Assembly: GCA_016875015.1 (NCBI GenBank)
Contig: VGSJ01000003.1
Location: forward strand, 11,935 to 75,934
DNA: 64,000 nt
Source: Deltaproteobacteria bacterium
GTDB lineage: Bacteria; Desulfobacterota; Desulfobaccia; Desulfobaccales; 0-14-0-80-60-11
Direction: 5' to 3'
The notes under the pieces are model-generated. The model saw only the letters and a list, made by a program, of their open reading frames with translations, searched no databases and was not told the DNA's origin. The position numbers and the translations under genes are program-made. Shown here one piece after another: positions 36,896 through 45,495 of this stretch (within the stretch, counting starts at the first letter, position 1; every line of letters starts with the position of its first letter).

Positions 36896-38775
36896 TCAAT
36901 AAACTCCCTAAACCACATCTCCAGAAACAATAAAGCCCACAACCGGCTGGTCCAATCCCGGCGGCCCAGGGTGTGGTCTTCTATCATTTTAGCAATAAAA
37001 GCGGACTCGAACAATCCCCGCCGGGCGGCGGTGCGGTCCAGGAGCATGCCGCGCAGCAGGTCATTCAGTTCGCCCCGGAACCAGTGTCCCACCGGAACGC
37101 CGAAGCCGGTCTTCTTTTTGTGAATAATCTCCTCCGGCAGCAAGGGCTTCACGGCCTCTTTCAGGATCAGTTTGCCCTCCCGGCCGTGGCGTTTCAGATG
37201 GCTGGGAATGCCGGCGGCAAATTCCACGAATTCATGATCCTGGAAAGGGCACCTGACCTCCAGGCTGTTGGCCATGGAAGCGATATCCATCTTGACATTG
37301 AGGCAGTCGGGCAGATAAAAATGCTGGTCATGCCGCATCATCCAGTCCAGCGTATCCATGGACTCATCCCAGGGCTGGGCGGCGGGGGGATCAGGGGCCG
37401 GCTCTGCTGCGGCCAGCAGGGACAGAAAGCGCTGGCTGTAAGCCATCCGCCTTTCCTGGGGCTTTAATATGGTCATTTCCAGCAGGAAGCGCTCGGGCAA
37501 CCCGCCCCCCAGCATGTGCAATCCCCGGGCGAGGCGCGCCCCACGGTTGGAGTACGGCAGCACCTCCATAAATGACTCAGCCCAGCGGCAGGCCCGCCGC
37601 CGGATTGGCCCCGGAAGGAAATCAGCCTGCTGCCAACGCAGGATTTTGGCATAGCTCTCGTAGCCCGAGAAGCTCTCATCCCCGCCGTCGCCGGATAAGG
37701 CCACCGTGACATACTCCCGGGTCATTTTGGCCACATAATAGGAAGGAATGGCGGAGGAATCCGCAAAGGGCTCGTTGTAATGCCGCACCAGGAGGGGTAA
37801 CACGGCCGCGGCTTCCGGTTTGACCACCAATTCATGATGCTCTGCGCCGTAGCGCTGGGCCAGCAGGCGGGCCTGCGGCAGTTCATTGTACGCCTCTTCC
37901 TCAAATCCGATGGAAAAGGTCTTCACCGGCCGGCCGCTTTCCTGGGCCATGAGGGCCACCACGGTGGACGAATCGATGCCGCCGCTCAGAAAGGCTCCCA
38001 GGGGCACATCGGCGATGAGCCGCAATCTGACGGCTTCCCGGAGGCGTCGCAGGATCTCGGCCTGAATCTCCGCGGCCGAGGCCTGAAGCGGCTCCACCTG
38101 CGGGGGTTGCCAGTATCGTGGGGTGATCACCTCACCTTGATCATTACAAAGGAGAAAATGGCCCGGCGGCAGCTTATAGATATTCTTGAAAGCGGTTAGG
38201 GGGCTGGGCACATACTGGTAAGTGAGATAGCGGTCTATGGCTTGATAGTTGGGCGCCGCGCTCACTTCCGGATTGGCCGTAATGGCCTTGATCTCGGAGC
38301 CGAAAACCAAGGCCGAGCCGGTGGCGGTATAATAGAAGGGTTTCTTGCCCAGACGGTCCCGGGCCGCAAACAAGATTTTCCGGCGGGCGTCCCACAAAGC
38401 GAAGGCAAACATTCCCCGCAAATGACGCAGACAGTCCGTGCCGTATTCTTCGTACAGATGTAGAATGACTTCGGTATCCGTGCCGGTCCTAAACCGGTGT
38501 CCCTGAGCCTGCAAGTTCGCCCTGAGGTCTTGAAAGTTATAGATCTCCCCGTTGAACACAATCCAGACGGTTTCATCTTCATTGGTTAGGGGAGCGCAGG
38601 CTTCGGGGGTCAGATCAATGATGGCCAGCCGCCTCTGGCCCAAACCGATGTACGGGGCCGTATAAACCCCTTCGTCATCCGGACCTCGATGCGCCAGGGT
38701 GCGGGACATCCTAGTAATCAAAGCAGGGTCCGGAATGGCGCCGTTAAAAATAAACTTGCCGCTTATACCGCACAT
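36892..38775 (-). CDS. asnB: Asparagine synthase-family glutamine amidotransferase (paralog 3)
   Basis: MCGISGKF N-terminus, SGGIDSS PP-loop, 627 aa. Confidence 0.9.
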   Translation of the reverse strand: MCGISGKFIFNGAIPDPALITRMSRTLAHRGPDDEGVYTAPYIGLGQRRLAIIDLTPEACAPLTNEDETVWIVFNGEIYNFQDLRANLQAQGHRFRTGTDTEVILHLYEEYGTDCLRHLRGMFAFALWDARRKILFAARDRLGKKPFYYTATGSALVFGSEIKAITANPEVSAAPNYQAIDRYLTYQYVPSPLTAFKNIYKLPPGHFLLCNDQGEVITPRYWQPPQVEPLQASAAEIQAEILRRLREAVRLRLIADVPLGAFLSGGIDSSTVVALMAQESGRPVKTFSIGFEEEAYNELPQARLLAQRYGAEHHELVVKPEAAAVLPLLVRHYNEPFADSSAIPSYYVAKMTREYVTVALSGDGGDESFSGYESYAKILRWQQADFLPGPIRRRACRWAESFMEVLPYSNRGARLARGLHMLGGGLPERFLLEMTILKPQERRMAYSQRFLSLLAAAEPAPDPPAAQPWDESMDTLDWMMRHDQHFYLPDCLNVKMDIASMANSLEVRCPFQDHEFVEFAAGIPSHLKRHGREGKLILKEAVKPLLPEEIIHKKKTGFGVPVGHWFRGELNDLLRGMLLDRTAARRGLFESAFIAKMIEDHTLGRRDWTSRLWALLFLEMWFREFID

Positions 38776-38946
38776 AGATGAATTGTTTGGGGCGAGGCCT
38801 TAAGGAATAAGGGGCCACCACCTATTACCCCAATTAAAAGGCCCTGTAACCGGGATCATGAAAGGGTCTTAGAAGGGGAATGTTTGCGACTAGGCCATAA
38901 GGCAATAACTGCAAAAAGTAATCTTACTGCCTGGTCAGGTTTGTTA

Positions 38947-40017
38947 TTATTTTCTAGCTTTTGCTATCCAGCCATTTTTCCCAGCATTGCTTATAGAGAT
39001 TTGCTTTAGACCAGAGAGATATTGCATAATTTGATCCTTAGCAAGGTAATGAGTATATTGTGGCTGTAACCTATCAAAAAAGGTATAAATGATATCCTCA
39101 TAACTCAATGAAGTCCATTCATAGTAAGGAAAACAGCTAATAAACTTTGCTGAAGCCAGCTTCTTGATCCAAAACAAAGGATATAAATATAAAACATATA
39201 AAACCATGGCCATTATTTTACAAAGGTGGAACTTGTCTTCAAGTGTCCATTCTTTAGTGCGTCGACGAAGCCAGACAAGATGAGACAGTTGATAAACCAG
39301 AGACATTCCTTCTAACCCATAAACCCATATCCATAATTGGCCGTGCTTTGATAACAACAGTTTTAAAGAACAAAACCCATTTTCCGGAAATTGCAAATGA
39401 TGCAGGACCCCGATGCTGTATATTATATCAAAAATCCCTTCACGGAATGGGGGACAGGTAATATCGCCTTGGACCAAATGACAATTATCGGCATTTCTTA
39501 ACAATGACTTGGCGGTCAAGAGAACACCCGAACTCAAGTCTAGACCAATGATTTCAGCTGCCCCGTATTCATGCGCCATAGCCATGTAACGCCCCGGACC
39601 GCAGCCGGCGTCAAGGACTATTCTAGTTTTCAATTCTTCTAACTGCAAATTGCTTAGGTTCAGATATTTGCGAAAATATCGACGGGTTAGAGCCAAATCG
39701 GCATCATGATTATCTGGAGCCAATTCCCTCTGAGATTGATAACGGCCTTGACGTTGATGATGAAAATCGTAGCCACGCATGGTTTGCAAGACGCCTGCGC
39801 CAGGAAATTCATCTTTTTGCGGCGCCAAAGAAGTTAAACTTTTGGGCAACATTCGGGGAATTCCAGAAATAATAGAAAATATTCGATTACAACTACAGCA
39901 GGTAATAGACCCTTGCTCGATTTCCATTCCGGTATCGTCGTTTTTCTCAACCAGCAAATCTAATTTTTCCGATCTACAATCCGGGCAAGCCAAAAAATCC
40001 AAAAGACGCAAATGCAT
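38947..40017 (-). CDS. Trm112-like zinc-ribbon + SAM methyltransferase with hydrophobic C-terminus
   Basis: LLDFLACPDCRS...CCSCNRIFSIISGIPRMLP, then VLDAGCGPGRY motif I. Same architecture as 23524..24510 but AT-rich. Confidence 0.75.
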   Translation of the reverse strand: MHLRLLDFLACPDCRSEKLDLLVEKNDDTGMEIEQGSITCCSCNRIFSIISGIPRMLPKSLTSLAPQKDEFPGAGVLQTMRGYDFHHQRQGRYQSQRELAPDNHDADLALTRRYFRKYLNLSNLQLEELKTRIVLDAGCGPGRYMAMAHEYGAAEIIGLDLSSGVLLTAKSLLRNADNCHLVQGDITCPPFREGIFDIIYSIGVLHHLQFPENGFCSLKLLLSKHGQLWIWVYGLEGMSLVYQLSHLVWLRRRTKEWTLEDKFHLCKIMAMVLYVLYLYPLFWIKKLASAKFISCFPYYEWTSLSYEDIIYTFFDRLQPQYTHYLAKDQIMQYLSGLKQISISNAGKNGWIAKARK

Positions 40018-40327
40018 CTTCCAACCTCTCTAAAGCATTTTTAATTTAAATCGGTCAGCATTATCACCCCTATTATGCCATCGGGTGATAAAACAAATAT
40101 CGCCAAATTTTTTGATTAAGTCTGACAGATATTTATGGGTGAAGGTCCTCGGAAAACCTTGCGGGCAGCCACAATAAAATTTGGTCTTAAAGGCTACCAA
40201 ATGATGGTCATAGGAATAGCTCGGATGAAAGCCAATAAATCCGGCACTTCAGGTTCCCAGGAAGGATTAATCTATTATCTTGGAATCTCAATCCACCATT
40301 AATAATTCTCCATTTTATAATGGCCGG

Positions 40328-41602
40328 TTAATTATGCCCGTGCTTCTTCCAAAATAAGAAGGGCCGATGCCAGGGTTTCAGGTATTCATGCATCATTTTC
40401 AAGCGGTTGGCGGTCTCTCCCCGCAGTCGGGAAGCCTGCCAATATTCCAAAACAAATACCAGGAAGATCATGAAGAGAAAAGTGCCCAGCCCGGCGGTGG
40501 TTGCCGGTATCAGCCGCTGATTGCTCCTTTTCTCCGGCGGCGGGGCCCGATCCACCACATGGACCACGGTCGCACCCTTCACTTCATCCAGGCGGGCCAA
40601 CTCCACCAGTTTGATGTAAAGCTGGTATAGTTGCTCTTGAAACTTGGTCTCCCGATACAACCGCAGGTACTCCAATCCCAAGGCCGGCATCTTAGAAGTG
40701 GCGATCATCGCATCGCCAGTCTTGAGATGTTGCGATTCCTGGACTTCCGCGTCGCGAAGCTTCTCTTTAAAACCCTTGAGTTCGGTCTCCAGTTTAATCA
40801 GGTCGTAGTTAAACGGCGTCGCCTGCTCTCGCAACACCTTGATCTGCACCTCTTTGGAATCAATGGTGGCTCTAAGGGTAGCGATGTATTCCAGCATGCC
40901 CCTGGTCTGAGCATCAACTTGCAAGACGCTGCTGACTTCGCTGAAATTCCGCAGGCTCTCTTCCGCCTTGGAAAGGTTCTGCACGGTTTCAGTTCTTTTC
41001 TTTTCCAGGTAAACTAACCGGTCGGTGGCTTCCCGGACCGCCATACTGCGCAGGAGACTGTCAAGCTCGTCAATATAGGCGTTCGCCATCTCTTGGGCTC
41101 GCTGGGGGCTTTCATCCGTAACCGTAATGGTGATCAGGCCATCTCTGCCGGCGCTTATTTGCGCCCTTTTATTCAGATTCTTCCGCACGTCCTCGAGGTA
41201 TTTTTTGTCATAATGCTCTCGCAACTTGAAGCGTTCGCTGATCCGGTCGGAAATGGTATTGCCGGTCAGCATGCCGACGTACAGGTCGGCAGGAGATTTC
41301 AGCCCGAGCAGGCTGCCAGCCACTCCCCCCAGGCCGGCAGCGCCCCCGGGCTTGGTGGTGCCCATGCCGCCTCCCAGACTATCCAGCACCTGAGCGACCA
41401 TGCTCAGATTTTGCTGGGGGGGCAGCATGCGCGCCGTGGCCGTGTATTGGTTCGGCAGGAGAAACAAGATCAGATAGGTCAATACCATGACCGCCAGCGA
41501 GGTAAAGATTATCAGGCGGCTGTGCTTGGCCAGGATGATCACATAGTCCAACAGATAAATTTCATCACTTGCGGAAGCAGATTTTTTTTCCGGTTCGGTC
41601 AT
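40328..41602 (-). CDS. wzz: Polysaccharide co-polymerase / chain-length determinant (Wzz/GumC-like, no kinase domain)
   Basis: Wzz-type N-terminus (IYLLDYVIILAKHSRLIIFTSLAVMVLTYLILFLLPNQYTATARMLPP), a long coiled-coil periplasmic region and a C-terminal TM helix (GLGTFLFMIFLVFVLEYW). Confidence 0.8.
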   Translation of the reverse strand: MTEPEKKSASASDEIYLLDYVIILAKHSRLIIFTSLAVMVLTYLILFLLPNQYTATARMLPPQQNLSMVAQVLDSLGGGMGTTKPGGAAGLGGVAGSLLGLKSPADLYVGMLTGNTISDRISERFKLREHYDKKYLEDVRKNLNKRAQISAGRDGLITITVTDESPQRAQEMANAYIDELDSLLRSMAVREATDRLVYLEKKRTETVQNLSKAEESLRNFSEVSSVLQVDAQTRGMLEYIATLRATIDSKEVQIKVLREQATPFNYDLIKLETELKGFKEKLRDAEVQESQHLKTGDAMIATSKMPALGLEYLRLYRETKFQEQLYQLYIKLVELARLDEVKGATVVHVVDRAPPPEKRSNQRLIPATTAGLGTFLFMIFLVFVLEYWQASRLRGETANRLKMMHEYLKPWHRPFLFWKKHGHN

Positions 41603-41833
41603 GAAGGTGCTCCGAGGTTATGGGAAAACCAAAAAAAATCAGGGGGAACGCCAGGTTAGAGAAATTATATCATAAAGGATCAGCGTTGTCCGGCACAAAA
41701 TTTGAGTGGCGCTTGGGTGCTATCGATCCGGTGGTCAGCCTGATCACAAGATCCCGGTGTCGCCTGAGCATGGTTGAGCTTAACGCGGGTATAAAGAAAT
41801 GCCGAGGGTTTGGGGAGAATCGCCAAGTATTTT

Positions 41834-42976
41834 TTATCTTTCTAAAAGCCAGGGCGGCGGGCAACCGTTCCAATCCTTTTGCCAACGCAACCAGAAAACG
41901 ATGAGGCAGGCGCAGAGTAAAATCTTCAAATCAAACCACAGGCTCATATGGCTAACATAGATTCTATCGTACCGCAACTTTTGCAAAGGGGTGACATAAT
42001 AGTTTCCCGCCACCTGGGCCAGACCGGCCAAGCCCGGACGTACCCTATGCCTCAAGGCGTATTTGGGGATGTCTTTAATATATTCGTTAACCAAGATGGT
42101 GCGTTGCGGCCGTGGGCCGACAAAACTCATCTCGCCCCGCAGGATGTTGATGACCTGGGGTAATTCATCCAACGCCGTTTTACGCAAGAACCTCCCAATA
42201 AACAGCAGACGTTTGTCATCTTTGGCGGCCAAGACCGGTCCGGTTTCCTTTTCCGCGTTCCAGACCATGGTACGGAACTTCAGCTGCAGAAAGTTGGCAC
42301 CGCGCCGACCCACAGAATTTTTGACGAAGAAGATGGGACCCGGGTCCTCCCACCAGATGAGGAAAGCGATAACCAGCCAGATAGGCGCGGAGGCGATTAA
42401 CACCAGGAAGGCCAGGAAAACGTCGAAGGAATATTTGATGACCCGGGGATCAGGAAGAGCCCCCCCGATCAACTCCTGATGCTGCTCTCTGACCTTTTCT
42501 TTGACTTCCCGGGAAGGCGGCAGATTTACTTCCGCCAATCCCAGGTCCACGGCGGTAACCATCCATGCACCGGCCAAGGCTCCACCAATGGTTGATGCCA
42601 GGATAGTTGGATGGTTCCACGTTGCGGCGCTCATTTGCGGAAAAAACCACAGGCAAATACCCAACCCGGCGCCGGCCAAAAACGCCAGGCGATACCTCCA
42701 GGCGCGCCTCACTCCCCAGCCGCAATATAATAGGAGCCTCTGAATCAGGAAGGTCAACGCGAAAAACGCCGCGAAAAGGATCAGGTTTTGCCAAAACAGG
42801 CTTTTTATCAAACCCAGGGAGAAAACGGCGCAAACCCTCTGGAGAGTCACCAGCAGAAAGGAAAAACCGATTAGATAGATCAGCAGGCTCAGGTATCTCT
42901 GATGAGAGAGGCATTGGCTCTCGCCAAGACCCTCAGTCTCATAAGCGAGAATTTTGCTCTTCTCTTCCATATTCAT
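41834..42976 (-). CDS. Initiating polyprenyl-phosphate sugar-phosphate transferase (bacterial sugar transferase family)
   Basis: Four or more N-terminal TM helices and a C-terminal catalytic domain with LDELPQVINILRGEMSFVGPRPQ. Confidence 0.85.
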   Translation of the reverse strand: MNMEEKSKILAYETEGLGESQCLSHQRYLSLLIYLIGFSFLLVTLQRVCAVFSLGLIKSLFWQNLILFAAFFALTFLIQRLLLYCGWGVRRAWRYRLAFLAGAGLGICLWFFPQMSAATWNHPTILASTIGGALAGAWMVTAVDLGLAEVNLPPSREVKEKVREQHQELIGGALPDPRVIKYSFDVFLAFLVLIASAPIWLVIAFLIWWEDPGPIFFVKNSVGRRGANFLQLKFRTMVWNAEKETGPVLAAKDDKRLLFIGRFLRKTALDELPQVINILRGEMSFVGPRPQRTILVNEYIKDIPKYALRHRVRPGLAGLAQVAGNYYVTPLQKLRYDRIYVSHMSLWFDLKILLCACLIVFWLRWQKDWNGCPPPWLLER

Positions 42977-43307
42977 TATCCTATCATTTATCTATAAGTA
43001 ACCACTTGCGGCACGACCAAAACGCTCGAGAAAAGGTTTGGGACCCTCTCGGCTGGGGCATAACCCCGAACAGCAGATTTACCTGTGGCCAATATTTCTT
43101 ATAGACAATATTATGGCATAATTTTATGGAAATGCAAATTATTGCCCCTAATGATCCCGGGCCCTCAGCAATTTGGCCTCCAAAGCCTCCCGGGTTTACG
43201 CGCCGTGCGGATGCCCACTAAACTCTAGACCACCCTGGACCAGGAAACTTCCGACGACAAATCCGATCCCGAAGCCGGTTATCGTCAAGGCCGGATAGGG
43301 TCCATGG

Positions 43308-43640
43308 TTAACATGATACCATGGAAGATAAGTTCATGTATAGGCATAAGTGCCTATTTTTGAACCGCCCCCTTAATCTTGGGCAAGGCAAAGCTAATAG
43401 GGCGATCCTTCCGAAGGGTAAGGGACGGTCCAGGCAGAGGCGCAGCGCCACGGGGTTGTCATTTCCGGCAAAATTTACTACTTTTCGGGTCACGGCCTCA
43501 GCCTCTTCGTCCAGCAAAACCTAAGAGGCCGGAACCGTCTTATTCAAGGCCCCCTTGGGCGTGTACCAGGGAGCATCTCCAGCGGTCCAGCACTCCCGGC
43601 ATATTATGTAAACCAGTTCTTGGGAGATCAACCTCAACCA
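43308..43640 (-). pseudogene. Decayed phage/plasmid-type gene (DUF5681-like), internal stop
   Basis: The minus frame reads ...WTAGDAPWYTPKGALNKTVPAS*VLLDEEAEAVTRKVVNFAGNDNPVALRLCLDRPLPFGR... The PKGaxNK and ALRLCLDR-LP segments resemble DUF5681-type proteins as I recall them. There is an in-frame TAG and no credible start. Confidence 0.35.
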
Positions 43641-43790
43641 TGACAACCTGATATTTGCCTTGACGGGACCGATCTTATTTGCTAATCATAACTATATAAA
43701 ATACTTCTAACTTCGCTGCAAGGCATGATTAATTCGGCAAGGCTCCGGTTTAGTAGGACCTATTCCCACCCCGATAGGCAGTTGGGCTTG

Positions 43791-44414
43791 ATGCGGGCAT
43801 TGATCCTCCTGCCGTTCCTCTGGCTGGGCTTCATTCTGCCAGCCCAGGCGGAACCCTTCGTGCGGGTCTGCAAAGACGGGGTAATTCACTATTATTTTGC
43901 CAATCGCCCGAGCAACCAACCATCAGTTACTCGGCTTTCCCGCCGCAACCACCAGATAGGCTCGCTACCCCGCCCTAGACCCTCGCCAGGCCAATTGGAA
44001 CCCCTGATTCACGAAGTGGCCCGGCAACAAAATCTCCCGCCGTCATTGGTCAAAGCGGTCATTCGGGTGGAATCCAACTTCAATCCCGAAGCCACTTCTC
44101 CCAAGGGCGCTCAGGGACTGATGCAATTAATGCCGGGAACGGCTGGAGATTTGCAGGTTGTTAACCCCTATGATGCGCAAGAAAATGTTTGGGGAGGCAC
44201 GCGCTATCTGAAGATGCTATTGGAAAAATTCAATTATCGTTTGCCCCTGGCCCTGGCCGCGTATAACGCCGGCCCCAAGCGGGTGGACCAGCATCAAGAT
44301 GTCCCCCCCATTAGAGAAACCCAGAATTTCGTCCGGAATGTGTGCGAGAATTTTTTAAAGTATAGCGGTGAACAATATCCTGAAAAATCCGGCAGTCCGC
44401 CGCTCCTGAAGTAG
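43791..44414 (+). CDS. Soluble lytic transglycosylase (SLT domain) with one DUF4124-like N-terminal motif
   Basis: I prefer the internal ATG giving signal peptide MRALILLPFLWLGFILPAQA. KDGVIHYYFANRP motif. SLT core VESNFNPEATSPKGAQGLMQLMPGTA ... AAYNAGPKRV. Confidence 0.85.
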   Translation: MRALILLPFLWLGFILPAQAEPFVRVCKDGVIHYYFANRPSNQPSVTRLSRRNHQIGSLPRPRPSPGQLEPLIHEVARQQNLPPSLVKAVIRVESNFNPEATSPKGAQGLMQLMPGTAGDLQVVNPYDAQENVWGGTRYLKMLLEKFNYRLPLALAAYNAGPKRVDQHQDVPPIRETQNFVRNVCENFLKYSGEQYPEKSGSPPLLK

Positions 44415-44483
44415 CCTGGCGTCCCGGACGCACAGGGGAATGCCCCAATCCTCCCGCGGTAGTTTTCGGCAGCAACGCCGCCC

Positions 44484-45395
44484 TTAATTCCCATAAAGAT
44501 TTTTGAAATGATAGGAAACCCCGAGAACAAAACGGTGATGCGGGACATCGAAGGTCATTGTCCCGCCAAAGCCATATTTAGCAGCTAAAACATCCTCATA
44601 TTGCACCGCAAACTGATAACTGAACTTGTATTCACAAAAGACCGCGACCTTTGGGGTGAACATGTAACGGACACCAGCCATAGTTTCGATGGCAAAGTTT
44701 TTAGCAGAGTCGGTTCTGCCATAGATTATTTCAAAACCTGGGCCAATCCCCACATATGGTTGCAACCGCCCAAAAGTGACTTCCTTATCTTTAAGCAAGC
44801 CGTAGCGAGCTAACAGATTGGTTTGCAAACCCCAGATCATAAACCAATCGGACCCGGTTATCAGATTAGTTGGCCCTGCTGGCAGGGGAGGCGATATGCG
44901 CCCCTGGTCCATACGGATCCTATTGCGGGAGAAATGGGTCTCCGTTTCCCAACCCAACCAGGGGTAAGAATCCAAAAACCGTCCGAATTTGATGCCACCC
45001 AGAATGCCTGGTTGATATTCGATATTTTTTGCCGTCCTTCCCGCATACTGAGCCGCACCTCCTAAGGGGAGTCCGGTATCCGTTGATAAAGGGGCAGGGA
45101 AATTGCTGGCAAACTTCCAGTCCGCCGAAGGTAGATAGGAGAGGCCGGTGTAGGCGGCGAGGTACCACTCGCCCGGCCCCAATTCCTCCGGATAACCTTT
45201 GGCCCTTTGCGCCGGGCTATTTTTATACATGTAGTAAGCAATGATCGCGGCGCTAACAGGTATATAGGTAAACGCAGCAATCCTAAAGATTTGTTCACTG
45301 CTAGTATTTCCGAACACGCCAGCCAAAGCCGGCTCTCCCGCCCCCCAAACGCCAAGGAAAGTTATACTTGTCAAAAATATCGCCATCAGGCGCAT
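44484..45395 (-). CDS. Outer-membrane beta-barrel protein, unknown function
   Basis: I prefer the internal ATG (MRLMAIFLTSITFLGVWG...ALA signal peptide). The body has alternating-pattern strands rich in G/Y/F and an aromatic-rich C-terminus (SYHFKNLYGN). It sits between the SLT and wza genes. Confidence 0.55.
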   Translation of the reverse strand: MRLMAIFLTSITFLGVWGAGEPALAGVFGNTSSEQIFRIAAFTYIPVSAAIIAYYMYKNSPAQRAKGYPEELGPGEWYLAAYTGLSYLPSADWKFASNFPAPLSTDTGLPLGGAAQYAGRTAKNIEYQPGILGGIKFGRFLDSYPWLGWETETHFSRNRIRMDQGRISPPLPAGPTNLITGSDWFMIWGLQTNLLARYGLLKDKEVTFGRLQPYVGIGPGFEIIYGRTDSAKNFAIETMAGVRYMFTPKVAVFCEYKFSYQFAVQYEDVLAAKYGFGGTMTFDVPHHRFVLGVSYHFKNLYGN

Positions 45396-45495
45396 TTTGC
45401 TGCCTTCGCAGTTCATTTGAGGACGCCGTAAACCACACCGGTCATCTTTCATGATCGCATAATTACGGGGATATTTAACTGCGCCCTCTACCGTC

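Noticed and set aside
18119-38775. The three AsnB homologs as lasso-peptide cyclases (a RiPP cluster).
   Set aside because: All three keep the N-terminal MCGI glutamine-amidotransferase nucleophile, which lasso cyclases typically lack. There is no transglutaminase-like leader peptidase, RRE protein or short precursor ORF nearby. The context is entirely glycan assembly.
43133-43148. Sigma54-like GG...TTGCA element upstream of the initiating sugar transferase (minus strand GGGGCAATAATTTGCAT).
   Set aside because: The GG-to-GC spacing is one nucleotide shorter than the strict -24/-12 spacing, and no enhancer-binding protein gene is nearby. I do not call it.
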